Assembly (NCBI GenBank): GCA_023898565.1 | Contig: CP060228.1 | Span: 906,930 to 951,732 of the forward strand | From: Candidatus Nomurabacteria bacterium | GTDB taxonomy: Bacteria > Patescibacteriota > Minisyncoccia > Phycocordibacterales > UBA918 | DNA: 44,803 nucleotides | Reading direction: 5' to 3' | Shown here: positions 16,608-25,210 of the stretch, piece after piece | Layout of the letters: each line of letters begins with the position of its first letter | Position numbering within the stretch: position 1 is the first letter of the stretch | Made by a program: the position numbers and the translations under genes | Notes under the pieces: model-generated | The model's database searches: none | The model's input: only the letters and a program-made list of their open reading frames with translations | What the model was told of the DNA's origin: nothing

Positions 16608-17390
16608 TTACTCGGCCATATACACACCACCAAGCAATTGCCCCATAATTACATCATAATCAGGTCGGTGTAGGGTTAGGTGAATTGTTCGTTCGCTAGT
16701 ATTTGTAAGCGTACTAGCTATTTCAGGATGATTTTCTAGGTACGACTGCAGCTTACCTGGCACCACCTCATCTTGAGAAATTATTTGCTTAGCATCACTA
16801 TAGTGCCCACGAAGCGCCTCTGCAATTTGCGTGTAGTGTGTACAACCAAGCACTATCACCTCACTCTCTCCTGCTGCATCAATTCTTTTTATTGCTGCAC
16901 TCGTTGCTGCTTCAAGCTCACCAAGCTCAATAAGTGGCACAAGCTCGGGGGTCGCCACAGAAGTAAGCTCGGCCGTTCCATCACCTTTATGAGCAAGTTC
17001 AATATCATATTTTTTGGACTCAACGGTTCGCTTTGTTGCAATCAACAGAACCTTTGTCGGCTTAGCAAAACACAACTCTTCAACTGTCGGAACAATAATG
17101 CCAAGAATTTTTCGGCCTGGATACACTTCTGGCAAAAACTCATTTTGCAGCTTTCGCACTGTTTCAGCCGACGCTGTGTTACACGCCACAATTACTAAAC
17201 GTACACCTCGCTCAAATAACCAAACAATGCCCTTTTGGGTCAGTTCGTATATTTCCTTCTCAGTTTTGTCACCGTACGGTACGTTTGCCGTATCTCCATA
17301 AAACACATAATCATACTGTGGTAACTCCTTCACTACCGCTTTCAGGATTGTGAGGCCACCCAATCCAGAATCGAACAGACCAATTTTCAT
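16608..17390 (-). CDS. murI: Glutamate racemase
   Basis: FDSGLGGLT, ACNTAS and GCTHY catalytic Cys motifs. Confidence 0.9.
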   Translation of the reverse strand: MKIGLFDSGLGGLTILKAVVKELPQYDYVFYGDTANVPYGDKTEKEIYELTQKGIVWLFERGVRLVIVACNTASAETVRKLQNEFLPEVYPGRKILGIIVPTVEELCFAKPTKVLLIATKRTVESKKYDIELAHKGDGTAELTSVATPELVPLIELGELEAATSAAIKRIDAAGESEVIVLGCTHYTQIAEALRGHYSDAKQIISQDEVVPGKLQSYLENHPEIASTLTNTSERTIHLTLHRPDYDVIMGQLLGGVYMAE

Positions 17391-17420
17391 AATATTAAAT
17401 ATAACCTACTGTGCGAATAA

Positions 17421-17459
17421 AAAGTAAAACGCGGAGATCATTGTCACAATCTCCGCGTT
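17421..17459 (-). terminator. Rho-independent terminator downstream of the 112-aa gene
   Basis: AACGCGGAGAT ... ATCTCCGCGTT, followed on the minus strand by TTTACTTTT. Confidence 0.55.
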
Positions 17460-17562
17460 CAGCGCTTCCGCCTGATAGTTAGAATAGCCTCCTGGCCGTA
17501 TGCATCCATGAATAAGTACTGCGGATCCACTCCATCGCGATCATCAATGGAGCAAATCAGTC

Positions 17563-17901
17563 TTAAAACACAGACTTCTCCGATTTAGAGGCATTTTGAT
17601 CGTCATTACCTCCAAATTCGATTTGAAAATATTGACCCGGAACACTGCCAATCACCCGAGTAATTCTTGTTTTCCCTCGCACTTCCGCAATCCTTTCCGG
17701 CTGACACACTGTAACGATTCTTAAATCACTACACCGCAGCCACCAAACACCCTCATGTGCCGCTGCTTTACCATTCACATATGACAGTCGAAGACTCCAG
17801 TCCTTGTCTCTCACCTCTTCGGGGAGACCAAGATACTCACGAGCCTCGCGCGGCGTTTGAAAGTGTTTTGCCAATTTGCGCACAGCGATACCGTACACCA
17901 T
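17563..17901 (-). CDS. Hypothetical protein (112 aa)
   Basis: ORF with upstream GAGAGG SD-like element and TTGACA box (17966-17971, minus). No family recognised. Confidence 0.5.
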   Translation of the reverse strand: MVYGIAVRKLAKHFQTPREAREYLGLPEEVRDKDWSLRLSYVNGKAAAHEGVWWLRCSDLRIVTVCQPERIAEVRGKTRITRVIGSVPGQYFQIEFGGNDDQNASKSEKSVF

Positions 17902-17976
17902 GGAAAACCTCTCTTTACATCAAAAATTGAACTAAAAACTTAGTTTAAAGTATAACAAATATTAGTTTTGTCAATA

Positions 17977-18435
17977 TCACTTTGCGTTCTGTACTATATG
18001 CATAAACTGTTTCTCTGAGAGCTTGATAACTGATAGTCTATTACCTTTTTTAACTAGTGGCGACCCAGCTAATACAACATCTGCTTTCAGCTCCGGCAAA
18101 GAAATAAGTTTTGAGAACTTACTTTTAAATCGAACATCTACGCCCAGCCATCGCGGGTTTTCTTTTGATGATTTTGAGTCAAAGTACCGGCTGTGCACAT
18201 TAAACTGCGTCGGATCTGGCTTTGCCTCCCCCACCACCTCTGCCACTCCCACAACGCCTGTCTGCTTCCCCGCATTTGAGTGGTAATACAAAACCAAGTC
18301 ATCCTTTTTAAACTCATCTCGCAACATATTGCGCACTTGATAATTTCTAATCCCGTCCCAAAAACCAACTCTGTCTCGTTCGAGGTCATCGATTGAATAT
18401 TCCTCTGGTTCGCTTTTCATCAACCAATAGTTCAT
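17977..18435 (-). CDS. EVE (PUA-like) domain protein
   Basis: N-terminal MNYWLMKSEPEEYSIDDL and overall EVE/DUF55 pattern. TATAAT lies 7 nt upstream of the ATG. Confidence 0.75.
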   Translation of the reverse strand: MNYWLMKSEPEEYSIDDLERDRVGFWDGIRNYQVRNMLRDEFKKDDLVLYYHSNAGKQTGVVGVAEVVGEAKPDPTQFNVHSRYFDSKSSKENPRWLGVDVRFKSKFSKLISLPELKADVVLAGSPLVKKGNRLSVIKLSEKQFMHIVQNAK

Positions 18436-18501
18436 AATCTAAATTATATTCTATTTCCTGCTATACTTTTAATAGATTTATCAGTTTACCTAAAATTAAC
18501 T

Positions 18502-18924
18502 ATGACAACATTAATGCTTAATGAACCTCAACGAGACCTTGTTCGAGACAAAGGCACAAAACTAGGAAGAATTCTTATTGGATTCCTTTTCTTTATGAGT
18601 GGCCTTAGCATTTTAATTGGTGGACCAAGCAATACTGCCGCCTGGTTTGATTCCATAGGAATTCCCATGGCCACTCTGACCGTCTGGCTAGTAATCATCC
18701 TCAAACTTGGAGCTGGTAGTGCAATTATGATCGGGAAGCGCGTTGGACTCGCCTCCGCGCTGCTGATTGGATTCACGATTCTGGCAACATTAATTGCACA
18801 TATGGATTTTAGTGACCCAATGCAATTAACCCAAACACTTAAAAATCTTGCGATTATTGGTGGCCTGTTGTACCTCATGGCTTACGGACCAGGTGGTACA
18901 AACACCAAACCAGCTTCGCATTAA
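18502..18924 (+). CDS. DoxX-family small membrane protein
   Basis: About 140 aa with 4 TM segments and a DoxX-like pattern (GRILIGFLFFMSG ...). TAAAAT lies 5 nt upstream of the ATG. Confidence 0.6.
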   Translation: MTTLMLNEPQRDLVRDKGTKLGRILIGFLFFMSGLSILIGGPSNTAAWFDSIGIPMATLTVWLVIILKLGAGSAIMIGKRVGLASALLIGFTILATLIAHMDFSDPMQLTQTLKNLAIIGGLLYLMAYGPGGTNTKPASH

Positions 18925-18939
18925 AGTCAAACACCCAAC

Positions 18940-18968
18940 AAAACACCGACTCAAAGAGTCGGTGTTTT
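18940..18968. terminator. Bidirectional terminator between DoxX and the lysozyme-like gene
   Basis: AACACCGACTC-AAA-GAGTCGGTGTT flanked by A-run and T-run. Confidence 0.75.
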
Positions 18969-18971
18969 GTA

Positions 18972-19391
18972 TTAGAAGTTGGCCGCAAGGGAACCTCCCC
19001 AACACGGCATCGACGCGCTCCACGGCTGCGTACCCTGTTTCTCATAGAGATACCGAGCGTACGCCATATTGTCGTAGAGATTGTCGAGATCGAGCTCCAT
19101 TGCTGTAGCTGTTGATTCGTGATAACGCTTATTGATTTGCATTACCCCAGTATCTGCAGGATCGACACGACCTTGAAGGATCGAACCGTCTGCCAGCTGG
19201 TGACGAAACGTGGATTCACAACGAGCCACTTCGATCATAATTGGCACATCTGCAAAATATGATCGAACGGCTGCTTCAGTTGCTTCTGGCAATGGAGTTG
19301 CCTCCAGTACCGCCACCTTCTGTTCACCTGCAATGTTTCCGTACGCTGTCTCTCCTACATCAACCGCCGAAACGGTCGCTACGGTAAACAA
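18972..19391 (-). CDS. Lysozyme-like / lytic transglycosylase-like protein
   Basis: ARCES ... GVMQIN ... YNMAYARYLY resembles the SLT/lysozyme-like catalytic Glu-Ser and GxMQ motifs. The annotated start is TTG. Confidence 0.6.
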   Translation of the reverse strand: MFTVATVSAVDVGETAYGNIAGEQKVAVLEATPLPEATEAAVRSYFADVPIMIEVARCESTFRHQLADGSILQGRVDPADTGVMQINKRYHESTATAMELDLDNLYDNMAYARYLYEKQGTQPWSASMPCWGGSLAANF

Positions 19392-19603
19392 CGCGAGAAT
19401 AACTGTCGATATAATAAGCCAAAGGTCTTATCTCTTAAATATCGGTGAGACAGGAACCGCATACAGAAATGTATACTTCCCTATTTCTGGCCTATCATGT
19501 GGCCTCAATAGCTGGTCGTATTGGTGGAGATCCCACTTGGAATCAATACACCGTGCGACACCGATAACCGCAAAACTATAGCATTACAGCGCGGGTTTTT
19601 ATT

Positions 19604-19632
19604 ATTAAAGCATATTTAATTAATTTTGTCAA
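19604..19632 (-). promoter_or_regulatory. Sigma70-like promoter TTGACA-17-TTTAAT, about 205 nt upstream of the lysozyme-like gene
   Basis: -35 at 19627-19632 and -10 at 19604-19609 on the minus strand. Confidence 0.4.
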
Positions 19633-19685
19633 TCTTATGCACAAATCTATTGCATTTTCTAGCTTTCGTGTGATTGTAAAATAGC

Positions 19686-19714
19686 AAAAAAGAGCCTTGT
19701 TTTGGGCTCTTTTT
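19686..19714. terminator. Bidirectional terminator downstream of the SPFH gene
   Basis: AAAAAAGAGCC-TTGTTTTG-GGCTCTTTTT. Confidence 0.65.
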
Positions 19715-19730
19715 AAGCATCGTATACTAC

Positions 19731-20501
19731 TTACTCCTTATTTTTTGTCGCTGCCTGCATCCAGTCTTTTGCTCCTTCAAAAGCACGCAATACTTCTATC
19801 GGTGTAGCAAACACCACGGTGTTTGACTGGTCAGACGACAAATCATTGAGGCTTTGGAGCGTGCGTAAATGCAGTGCACCAGGGGCACCAGAAAGGATAC
19901 TGGCCGCCTTTGCCATGTTTTCTGCAGCCGCCACCTCCCCTTCTGCTTTAATAATCACCGCCCGCCGCTCACGCTCCGCTTCCGCCTGCTTTGCAATCGT
20001 TCGCTCCATGTCTTGCGGGAGAAAAAAATCTTTAAGCTCAACATTTTCAACCCGAATTCCCCAATCGTCAGTCTCGGAATCGACAATCTGCTGTATCCGT
20101 TCTGATAGCTTGTCTCGTTCTGACAACACTTCATCGAGTGCAGCGCTACCGACCACGTTACGCATAGTGGTTTGTGCAAGTTGTGACACTGCAAAGCGAA
20201 AGTTTTCCACCTCAAGAACAGCCTTGGCAGCATCGGCTACCTTGTAATAGATAACCGCATTGATACTTGCTGAGACATTGTCACGAGTAATCACTTTTTG
20301 ATCTGGCACGTCAACCGCTTTTACGCGCAAATCAACTTTTTCCATTTGTTGGAAAATTGGCACAACAATACTCCACCCCGGGCTCCGCAAGCTGGTAAAC
20401 TTACCCATAGTAAGGACTACGCCGCGTTCATATTGCTTAACTTCCCGTAGCAGCAAAATCGCAAGCGCAATAACAACGACAACAATTGGAATTATCTCCA
20501 T
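19731..20501 (-). CDS. SPFH/band-7 (stomatin/prohibitin-like) membrane protein
   Basis: N-terminal TM, then SPFH core (YERGVVLTMGKF ... TRDNV ... AEAERERRA). Confidence 0.85.
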   Translation of the reverse strand: MEIIPIVVVVIALAILLLREVKQYERGVVLTMGKFTSLRSPGWSIVVPIFQQMEKVDLRVKAVDVPDQKVITRDNVSASINAVIYYKVADAAKAVLEVENFRFAVSQLAQTTMRNVVGSAALDEVLSERDKLSERIQQIVDSETDDWGIRVENVELKDFFLPQDMERTIAKQAEAERERRAVIIKAEGEVAAAENMAKAASILSGAPGALHLRTLQSLNDLSSDQSNTVVFATPIEVLRAFEGAKDWMQAATKNKE

Positions 20502-20541
20502 AAGAAAATAGTTACTGAATAATCCTACACTGAGTATAGAC

Positions 20542-21381
20542 CTAAAGTCGTTTCTTTAGAAGACCCATTGCACCATACAAACCCACCTCGTCACCAAGCT
20601 TTGCCATCGTAATAAATGGTGACGGAACAAAACCATCGAGAGTCTCTACAACGTATTTTCGAATCGGGTCAATCTCAATACGCGGATTACCAGCAATCAT
20701 TGATCCACCGAGAATGATCACATCAGGCGACCAGTATAAAATCGTGTTACGTAGCCCTTGTGCCAAATATTCGGCCAGCTCGTCCCATAGCACATCGCTT
20801 TGTGGAATTTCGTAGGGTTCCACGCCAAATCGATTCTTAACAGCAGTTCCTGAGACGAGATTCTCCAGAGTCGGCTTAACATCTTCACCCAAGATGGTGC
20901 GGTCAATATCAAGCACTTGATGTCCTGGTTCAAATCCCACGCTCGCCATATCAATCTCACCGTTTTCAATCTTCACCCCGCCGACGCCAGTACTAATCGT
21001 GTGGTACGCCACAATCTCAAAATCTTTTCCAGCACCATAGATTGCCTCACCTACCCCAGCAATTGCCGAGTCATTTTCCAAGAACACAGGCACATCAAAC
21101 GTTTTTTGGATTTCACCTACGATAGACTTATCAACCCATTTTGAGAGCACTGAATCATTCTGGATGCCAGATTTATCTTCCATAAGCGCACCTCGAATAC
21201 CACCTGAGATACCTTTAGGAGTTTCATCAGTTAACTTTTTAATAGCTTCGATGATTTTGGCAATACCCTCTTCAAACTTCACCGGTGTCTTAAAGGATTC
21301 AACTTGACCAAGTGTTTCTAAATCTTCTGAGATACCAACGCGGGTTTTAGTACCACCAATATCAAATACAATGTACGACAT
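20542..21381 (-). CDS. ROK/ASKHA-family sugar kinase (glucokinase-like)
   Basis: FDIGGTKTRVG phosphate-1 motif and DSAIAGVGE. Directly downstream of pgi. Confidence 0.65.
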   Translation of the reverse strand: MSYIVFDIGGTKTRVGISEDLETLGQVESFKTPVKFEEGIAKIIEAIKKLTDETPKGISGGIRGALMEDKSGIQNDSVLSKWVDKSIVGEIQKTFDVPVFLENDSAIAGVGEAIYGAGKDFEIVAYHTISTGVGGVKIENGEIDMASVGFEPGHQVLDIDRTILGEDVKPTLENLVSGTAVKNRFGVEPYEIPQSDVLWDELAEYLAQGLRNTILYWSPDVIILGGSMIAGNPRIEIDPIRKYVVETLDGFVPSPFITMAKLGDEVGLYGAMGLLKKRL

Positions 21382-21388
21382 ACTCTAT

Positions 21389-22642
21389 TTACTTAATACC
21401 AAGAATTGCTCTCGTTTTAATTTTATACAGTTCAACATTTGGTTGATCAAATGCATGTAGATTCATAAGCTCAGCAATGTACATGGTTTCGAGCATACGC
21501 ATCCCCATAAAAAGACCAAGTGAGTAGGTCAGATTTTCATCAAAAATCGTCGAACGATACGGCAGGCTTTTCTCTTGATACGCCGCCATGACACCGCCAT
21601 AGATAGCGGTCGCCACTTCAGCTACAGTATGCCCACCATATGCCTTAGCAGCGCCCTTCTTAGAAATTTTATAATCAATCTTGTCATCGTCGAATGTCAC
21701 GAAATCTGTATACACCCCCGGGAAACCACTCAAATAGAGCTGTCCGATCGAATGTAATTCAACCGATGTTGAAATAGTTGGTAACATACCCTTAGTTATC
21801 GGCTTACCAGCCCTGTCTTCAGCCTTGCCGATACTTTCGGCAAAGAGCTGGCGGTGCCAGGCGCCGAGCGCAGCGAGGCGCGGTTCAAATGCAAAAAAGT
21901 TATAATGTCGATAACCCTTTTGGATATACTGATAAACACGCGCAGCATTTTCCGCTACCACCACCTCAAATTGCTCAGACGTTGCATCCTGCACACCAGA
22001 TATAAACGCATCAACGTCATGTCCTAAAAGAGCCAGCGGTACCAAACCAGCTTCGGTCGTTACCGAAAAACGTCCACCCACAACCTCTGGCATCGTGATT
22101 ACCGTTGCACCTACGCGTTTACCGAGTTTATTAAGCTCTGTGCTAGGATTGCCAATAAACACTGAGCGCGTGTAGATCTCTTTTTTAAAACGCTCCTCTA
22201 GAGCCTCAAAAAGTACTGAGGTGTTGGTGAGCGTCTCAGCTGTATTACCAGATTTACTACTAATACAAACAGCAAGCTGATTGAGCTTTACCTTCGCGAG
22301 TTTCTGAAGCAGCAAACCAATACTATGCGCTGATGTGGTGTCGAGCATGTGAAGCTCCACCTTTCCTTCATCAAGCGCCGAATGTACCGCATGCACTCCA
22401 AGATTCTGTCCGCCAATCCCAACCAGCACCAAATGCTTAATGCCTCGAAACTGCTTTTTGAGCACATCAAGCTGGTCATGTAGTGCCGGGTCTTGCACAT
22501 GAGCAAGCGAATATTCATTCTGTGCTGAATCGTGATCAGTAATTACCTGCTGCACCTTCTCACGATACGCAGACAACCGCTTAATCTCCGCTGCCTGCTT
22601 TTTATCCGTAATAAAATCTGCATCAAAATATGAGTAGTACAT
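21389..22642 (-). CDS. pgi: Glucose-6-phosphate isomerase
   Basis: VLVGIGGQNLG, SKSGNTAET and PGI-like C-terminus. ATG 22642 chosen (MYYSYFD); the ORF-track start 22696 overlaps the upstream gene. Confidence 0.82.
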   Translation of the reverse strand: MYYSYFDADFITDKKQAAEIKRLSAYREKVQQVITDHDSAQNEYSLAHVQDPALHDQLDVLKKQFRGIKHLVLVGIGGQNLGVHAVHSALDEGKVELHMLDTTSAHSIGLLLQKLAKVKLNQLAVCISSKSGNTAETLTNTSVLFEALEERFKKEIYTRSVFIGNPSTELNKLGKRVGATVITMPEVVGGRFSVTTEAGLVPLALLGHDVDAFISGVQDATSEQFEVVVAENAARVYQYIQKGYRHYNFFAFEPRLAALGAWHRQLFAESIGKAEDRAGKPITKGMLPTISTSVELHSIGQLYLSGFPGVYTDFVTFDDDKIDYKISKKGAAKAYGGHTVAEVATAIYGGVMAAYQEKSLPYRSTIFDENLTYSLGLFMGMRMLETMYIAELMNLHAFDQPNVELYKIKTRAILGIK

Positions 22643-22655
22643 GGTTATCTCTGAG

Positions 22656-23390
22656 TTAAATCTGTCGCACGTTAGTCTTGCGGACGTTCTTTTCAATATA
22701 TTTCATTGCTTCATCAACACTATCTACCACCACAAAAATATCAAGATCTTCAGGGCTAATCGTTTGATGTTTTTCAAGCAAATCATTGCGGAAAAATTCT
22801 ATAAGCGGCGTCCAGTACTCTTTGCCATACAACATGACAGGAATTGGCTCAATCTTCTTGGTCTGAATAAGCGTGACAATTTCAAATAGTTCATCAAGTG
22901 TACCAAAGCCGCCAGGGAAATACACATACACTTCTGAAGCAAAAGTGAGCATGACCTTGCGTGAGAAGAAAAAGTCAAAATTGAGAGATTCGGTGGTGTA
23001 TGGATTGAGCTTTTGTTCAAATGGCAACTGGATGTTAAGACCAATTGATTTCCCCCCCACCTTAAAGGCGCCAACATTTGAAGCTTCCATGATACCTGGC
23101 CCACCCCCTGAGATAATTGAAAACCCTTTTTTGGCAAGCTTGGCTGCCAATTCTTCAGCATCCTTATAATACGGATCTTCCGGCTTGGTGCGCGCACTTC
23201 CCCAAAATGTAGCAGCTAAACCGTGATTGCGTAGAAGCTCAAATCCTTGCACAAACTCTGCCATAATACGAAACACTCTCCATGACTGTACTGCATCACC
23301 ATCAACATTTCCTGGATCTAAGAGCTCACTCACTACGCGGCATGGCTGCTCTCCTTTCTTTTTCGTATTTCGCTTATTATTTCCAAACAT
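22656..23390 (-). CDS. LOG-family (TIGR00730-type) nucleotide 5'-monophosphate nucleosidase
   Basis: GGGPGIMEA and PGGFGTLDELFE motifs. ATG 23390 lies 6 nt downstream of TGgTACAAT and after a terminator hairpin. Confidence 0.78.
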   Translation of the reverse strand: MFGNNKRNTKKKGEQPCRVVSELLDPGNVDGDAVQSWRVFRIMAEFVQGFELLRNHGLAATFWGSARTKPEDPYYKDAEELAAKLAKKGFSIISGGGPGIMEASNVGAFKVGGKSIGLNIQLPFEQKLNPYTTESLNFDFFFSRKVMLTFASEVYVYFPGGFGTLDELFEIVTLIQTKKIEPIPVMLYGKEYWTPLIEFFRNDLLEKHQTISPEDLDIFVVVDSVDEAMKYIEKNVRKTNVRQI

Positions 23391-23396
23391 GCGCTC

Positions 23397-23405
23397 ATTG
23401 TACCA
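23397..23405 (-). promoter_or_regulatory. Extended -10 box TGgTACAAT, 6 nt upstream of the LOG-family ATG
   Basis: The reverse complement of 23397-23405 is TGGTACAAT; ATG at 23390. Confidence 0.45.
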
Positions 23406-23408
23406 CTT

Positions 23409-23443
23409 AAAAAGGCGCGGCAGCTTCGCTGCCGCGCCTTTTT
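23409..23443. terminator. Bidirectional terminator after the exonuclease gene
   Basis: AAAAAGGCGCGGCAGC-TTC-GCTGCCGCGCCTTTTT. Confidence 0.75.
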
Positions 23444-23452
23444 GGGCAAAAC

Positions 23453-24049
23453 CTAGGCTATCCAAGGAATCTCAAACTGCTCAAATTCGGGAAGTAACTT
23501 CTTACTATACAAGAGTCGCGAAATCACTTCAGCGTGAGACTTAGCGCCCGTGAGCGCATTATGCGGCTCTGGTTCATCGGGGATGCCACAATAATTTAGC
23601 ACAGCATCAAGATTTAGTGCGCTTCGATGATGAACTTCGTCAACTGGCGGCACAATTCCCTGCTTCACCATATGCATCCAACATAGCGTATGAGTATCAA
23701 TAGTGCGATAAGCGAAGTTCCACTCAAACCCTGCCCGCTGCGTTGCTGCTCTCAGCATGTCACGGTCGGCTGAAACATTTTGGCCAGCTAGTGTACGATC
23801 TGCAATCGTCTCGCTCCACGCGGTAAAATTACGCACCAATTCTGCCTCGGTCATTTTATTTGGATCGGTTATTTCTGCCTCTGTGAAACCATTTACTGCC
23901 AGCCCATCGGGATCAATATGAGCACCATCCCACACTCGACACTCAGCATAGAATTGATTATCTGGATTCTGTAAATCAATCGCCCCCCACGAGACAATTG
24001 AGTGTTTGTCATAATTTAGGCCGGAAAACTCTCCATCAACTACTAGCAT
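23453..24049 (-). CDS. DEDDh-type 3'-5' exonuclease (DnaQ/RNase T-like)
   Basis: Exo I VVDGEFSGL (DxE) and C-terminal HNALTGAKSHAE (H-x-motif). Size about 200 aa. Confidence 0.6.
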   Translation of the reverse strand: MLVVDGEFSGLNYDKHSIVSWGAIDLQNPDNQFYAECRVWDGAHIDPDGLAVNGFTEAEITDPNKMTEAELVRNFTAWSETIADRTLAGQNVSADRDMLRAATQRAGFEWNFAYRTIDTHTLCWMHMVKQGIVPPVDEVHHRSALNLDAVLNYCGIPDEPEPHNALTGAKSHAEVISRLLYSKKLLPEFEQFEIPWIA

Positions 24050-24051
24050 AG

Positions 24052-24375
24052 CTATTCAGTAATGCGTTTAATAATTATGGTCACCAATTCCTTCTGACGG
24101 TCTGCATCAGCGGTACGCCATTCTCCAAACCAGGCAAGCAAATCACTCACCTGTTCTGCTTCAATCACTCCGAAAATATTGAACCCTTCACCTTCTAGGT
24201 TAAGCTGCTGGTCGAGGACGGTCAGTTCCTCAGCTGAGAAGGACGCGAGCAAGTCGCGAACTGGCAATGCTTCGGCAAGGAACTCCACGTCACTCAAGTG
24301 CACGTCAGACACCGTAGACTCGTAATGATTAATTTTGGAGTACAAAGGCTCGTTTTCTTTCATAAAACTCATCAT
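24052..24375 (-). CDS. Hypothetical acidic protein (start uncertain)
   Basis: ORF 24052-24384. Several in-frame ATGs (24375, 24372, 24363). Tightly packed between neighbouring genes. Confidence 0.45.
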   Translation of the reverse strand: MMSFMKENEPLYSKINHYESTVSDVHLSDVEFLAEALPVRDLLASFSAEELTVLDQQLNLEGEGFNIFGVIEAEQVSDLLAWFGEWRTADADRQKELVTIIIKRITE

Positions 24376-24384
24376 AACACACAA

Positions 24385-24744
24385 CTACTGAAGACCCGGG
24401 CAATTGGCGGCCGGCGTGTAGCCGGCCGCCTCTGCCAGCTCTGGCGAATCAAAATACAGCTTATTCTCCTCCTTTATCTGCGACGCTCCTGGGCAATTAG
24501 GCAGATGGTACTTCGTACCTGACTTTGAAGCAACGACCTGAAGTTGCGTCACCGTCGATTGTGGTACTTCCGACGCCGCCTCAGTGAATATCACCCCACC
24601 CATATCGGAACCACTCGAAATAGCCATATTTTTAGCCATCATTGACTGTCGTCCTAAACCAAATGATGCAATACCAACCAAAATCATCAAAAGCGCCATA
24701 AAAACGGCGTCATCGGCCAAAAAAGACTTGAGTTTTTTGTACAT
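24385..24744 (-). CDS. Membrane-anchored protein with C-terminal Cys-pair domain (KYHLPNCPG ... GYTPAANCPG)
   Basis: TM helix, then a small YH-x3-C ... C motif typical of a short metal-binding-like domain. ATG 24744 chosen (MYKKLKSF). Confidence 0.5.
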   Translation of the reverse strand: MYKKLKSFLADDAVFMALLMILVGIASFGLGRQSMMAKNMAISSGSDMGGVIFTEAASEVPQSTVTQLQVVASKSGTKYHLPNCPGASQIKEENKLYFDSPELAEAAGYTPAANCPGLQ

Positions 24745-24793
24745 GTATCGTATACTCCACCCGTTAAATTCATAAGCATTATACAGTAACCGT

Positions 24794-25075
24794 ATGGCAA
24801 CCAAAAAATCCGCGGGATCATCGAAAAACCTAAAAGATTCACAGCCAAAATATCTGGGTGTGAAGCGTGCTGACGGTCAGTCAGTGAAGGTTGGTCAGAT
24901 CATCGTCCGCCAACGTGGCACCAAGATTGAAGCCGGTAAAGGTGTGAAGGTCGGAAAGGACCATACACTCTTTGCAATGAATGACGGCGTCGTTTCATTT
25001 CGTGAAATGCGCAAGACTCGCTTCAATGGCAAAACTGTCACTAAGAAGGCAGTTGACGTAGTAGAAGCTGCGTAA
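24794..25075 (+). CDS. rpmA: 50S ribosomal protein L27
   Basis: KKSAGSSKN ... LGVK ... IIVRQRGTK ... GKDHTLFA is canonical L27. Confidence 0.93.
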   Translation: MATKKSAGSSKNLKDSQPKYLGVKRADGQSVKVGQIIVRQRGTKIEAGKGVKVGKDHTLFAMNDGVVSFREMRKTRFNGKTVTKKAVDVVEAA

Positions 25076-25083
25076 CCAATTTT

Positions 25084-25118
25084 AAAAGCCGGCGATCCCA
25101 AAGGGATCGCCGGCTTTT
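25084..25118 (+). terminator. Rho-independent terminator after rpmA
   Basis: AAAAGCCGGCGATCCC-AAA-GGGATCGCCGGCTTTT. Confidence 0.8.
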
Positions 25119-25177
25119 ACTTATGATAACCGTCACGCATGAGCACGAGCACCTGCTCACTCGGGCGGTCTACGAAT

Positions 25178-25209
25178 AAAAACGCGTTGGCTTTTGCCAA
25201 CGCGTTTTT
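25178..25209 (-). terminator. Terminator after the cyclophilin gene (bidirectional shape)
   Basis: AAAAACGCGTTGGC-TTTT-GCCAACGCGTTTTT. Confidence 0.75.
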
Positions 25210-25210
25210 A

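Noticed and set aside
19550-19563. Extra TGTCGCAC/GTGCGACA 8-mers at about 19552 and about 22663 as dispersed copies of the 15.5-16.0 kb repeat
   Set aside because: One or two occurrences of an 8-mer on both strands of 45 kb are expected by chance, and the flanking bases do not match the 14-bp repeat.
19392-19600. ydaO-type c-di-AMP riboswitch upstream of the lysozyme-like gene
   Set aside because: Only short loose matches to the consensus are present, so it cannot be called by eye. It is reported instead as an unclassified structured leader.
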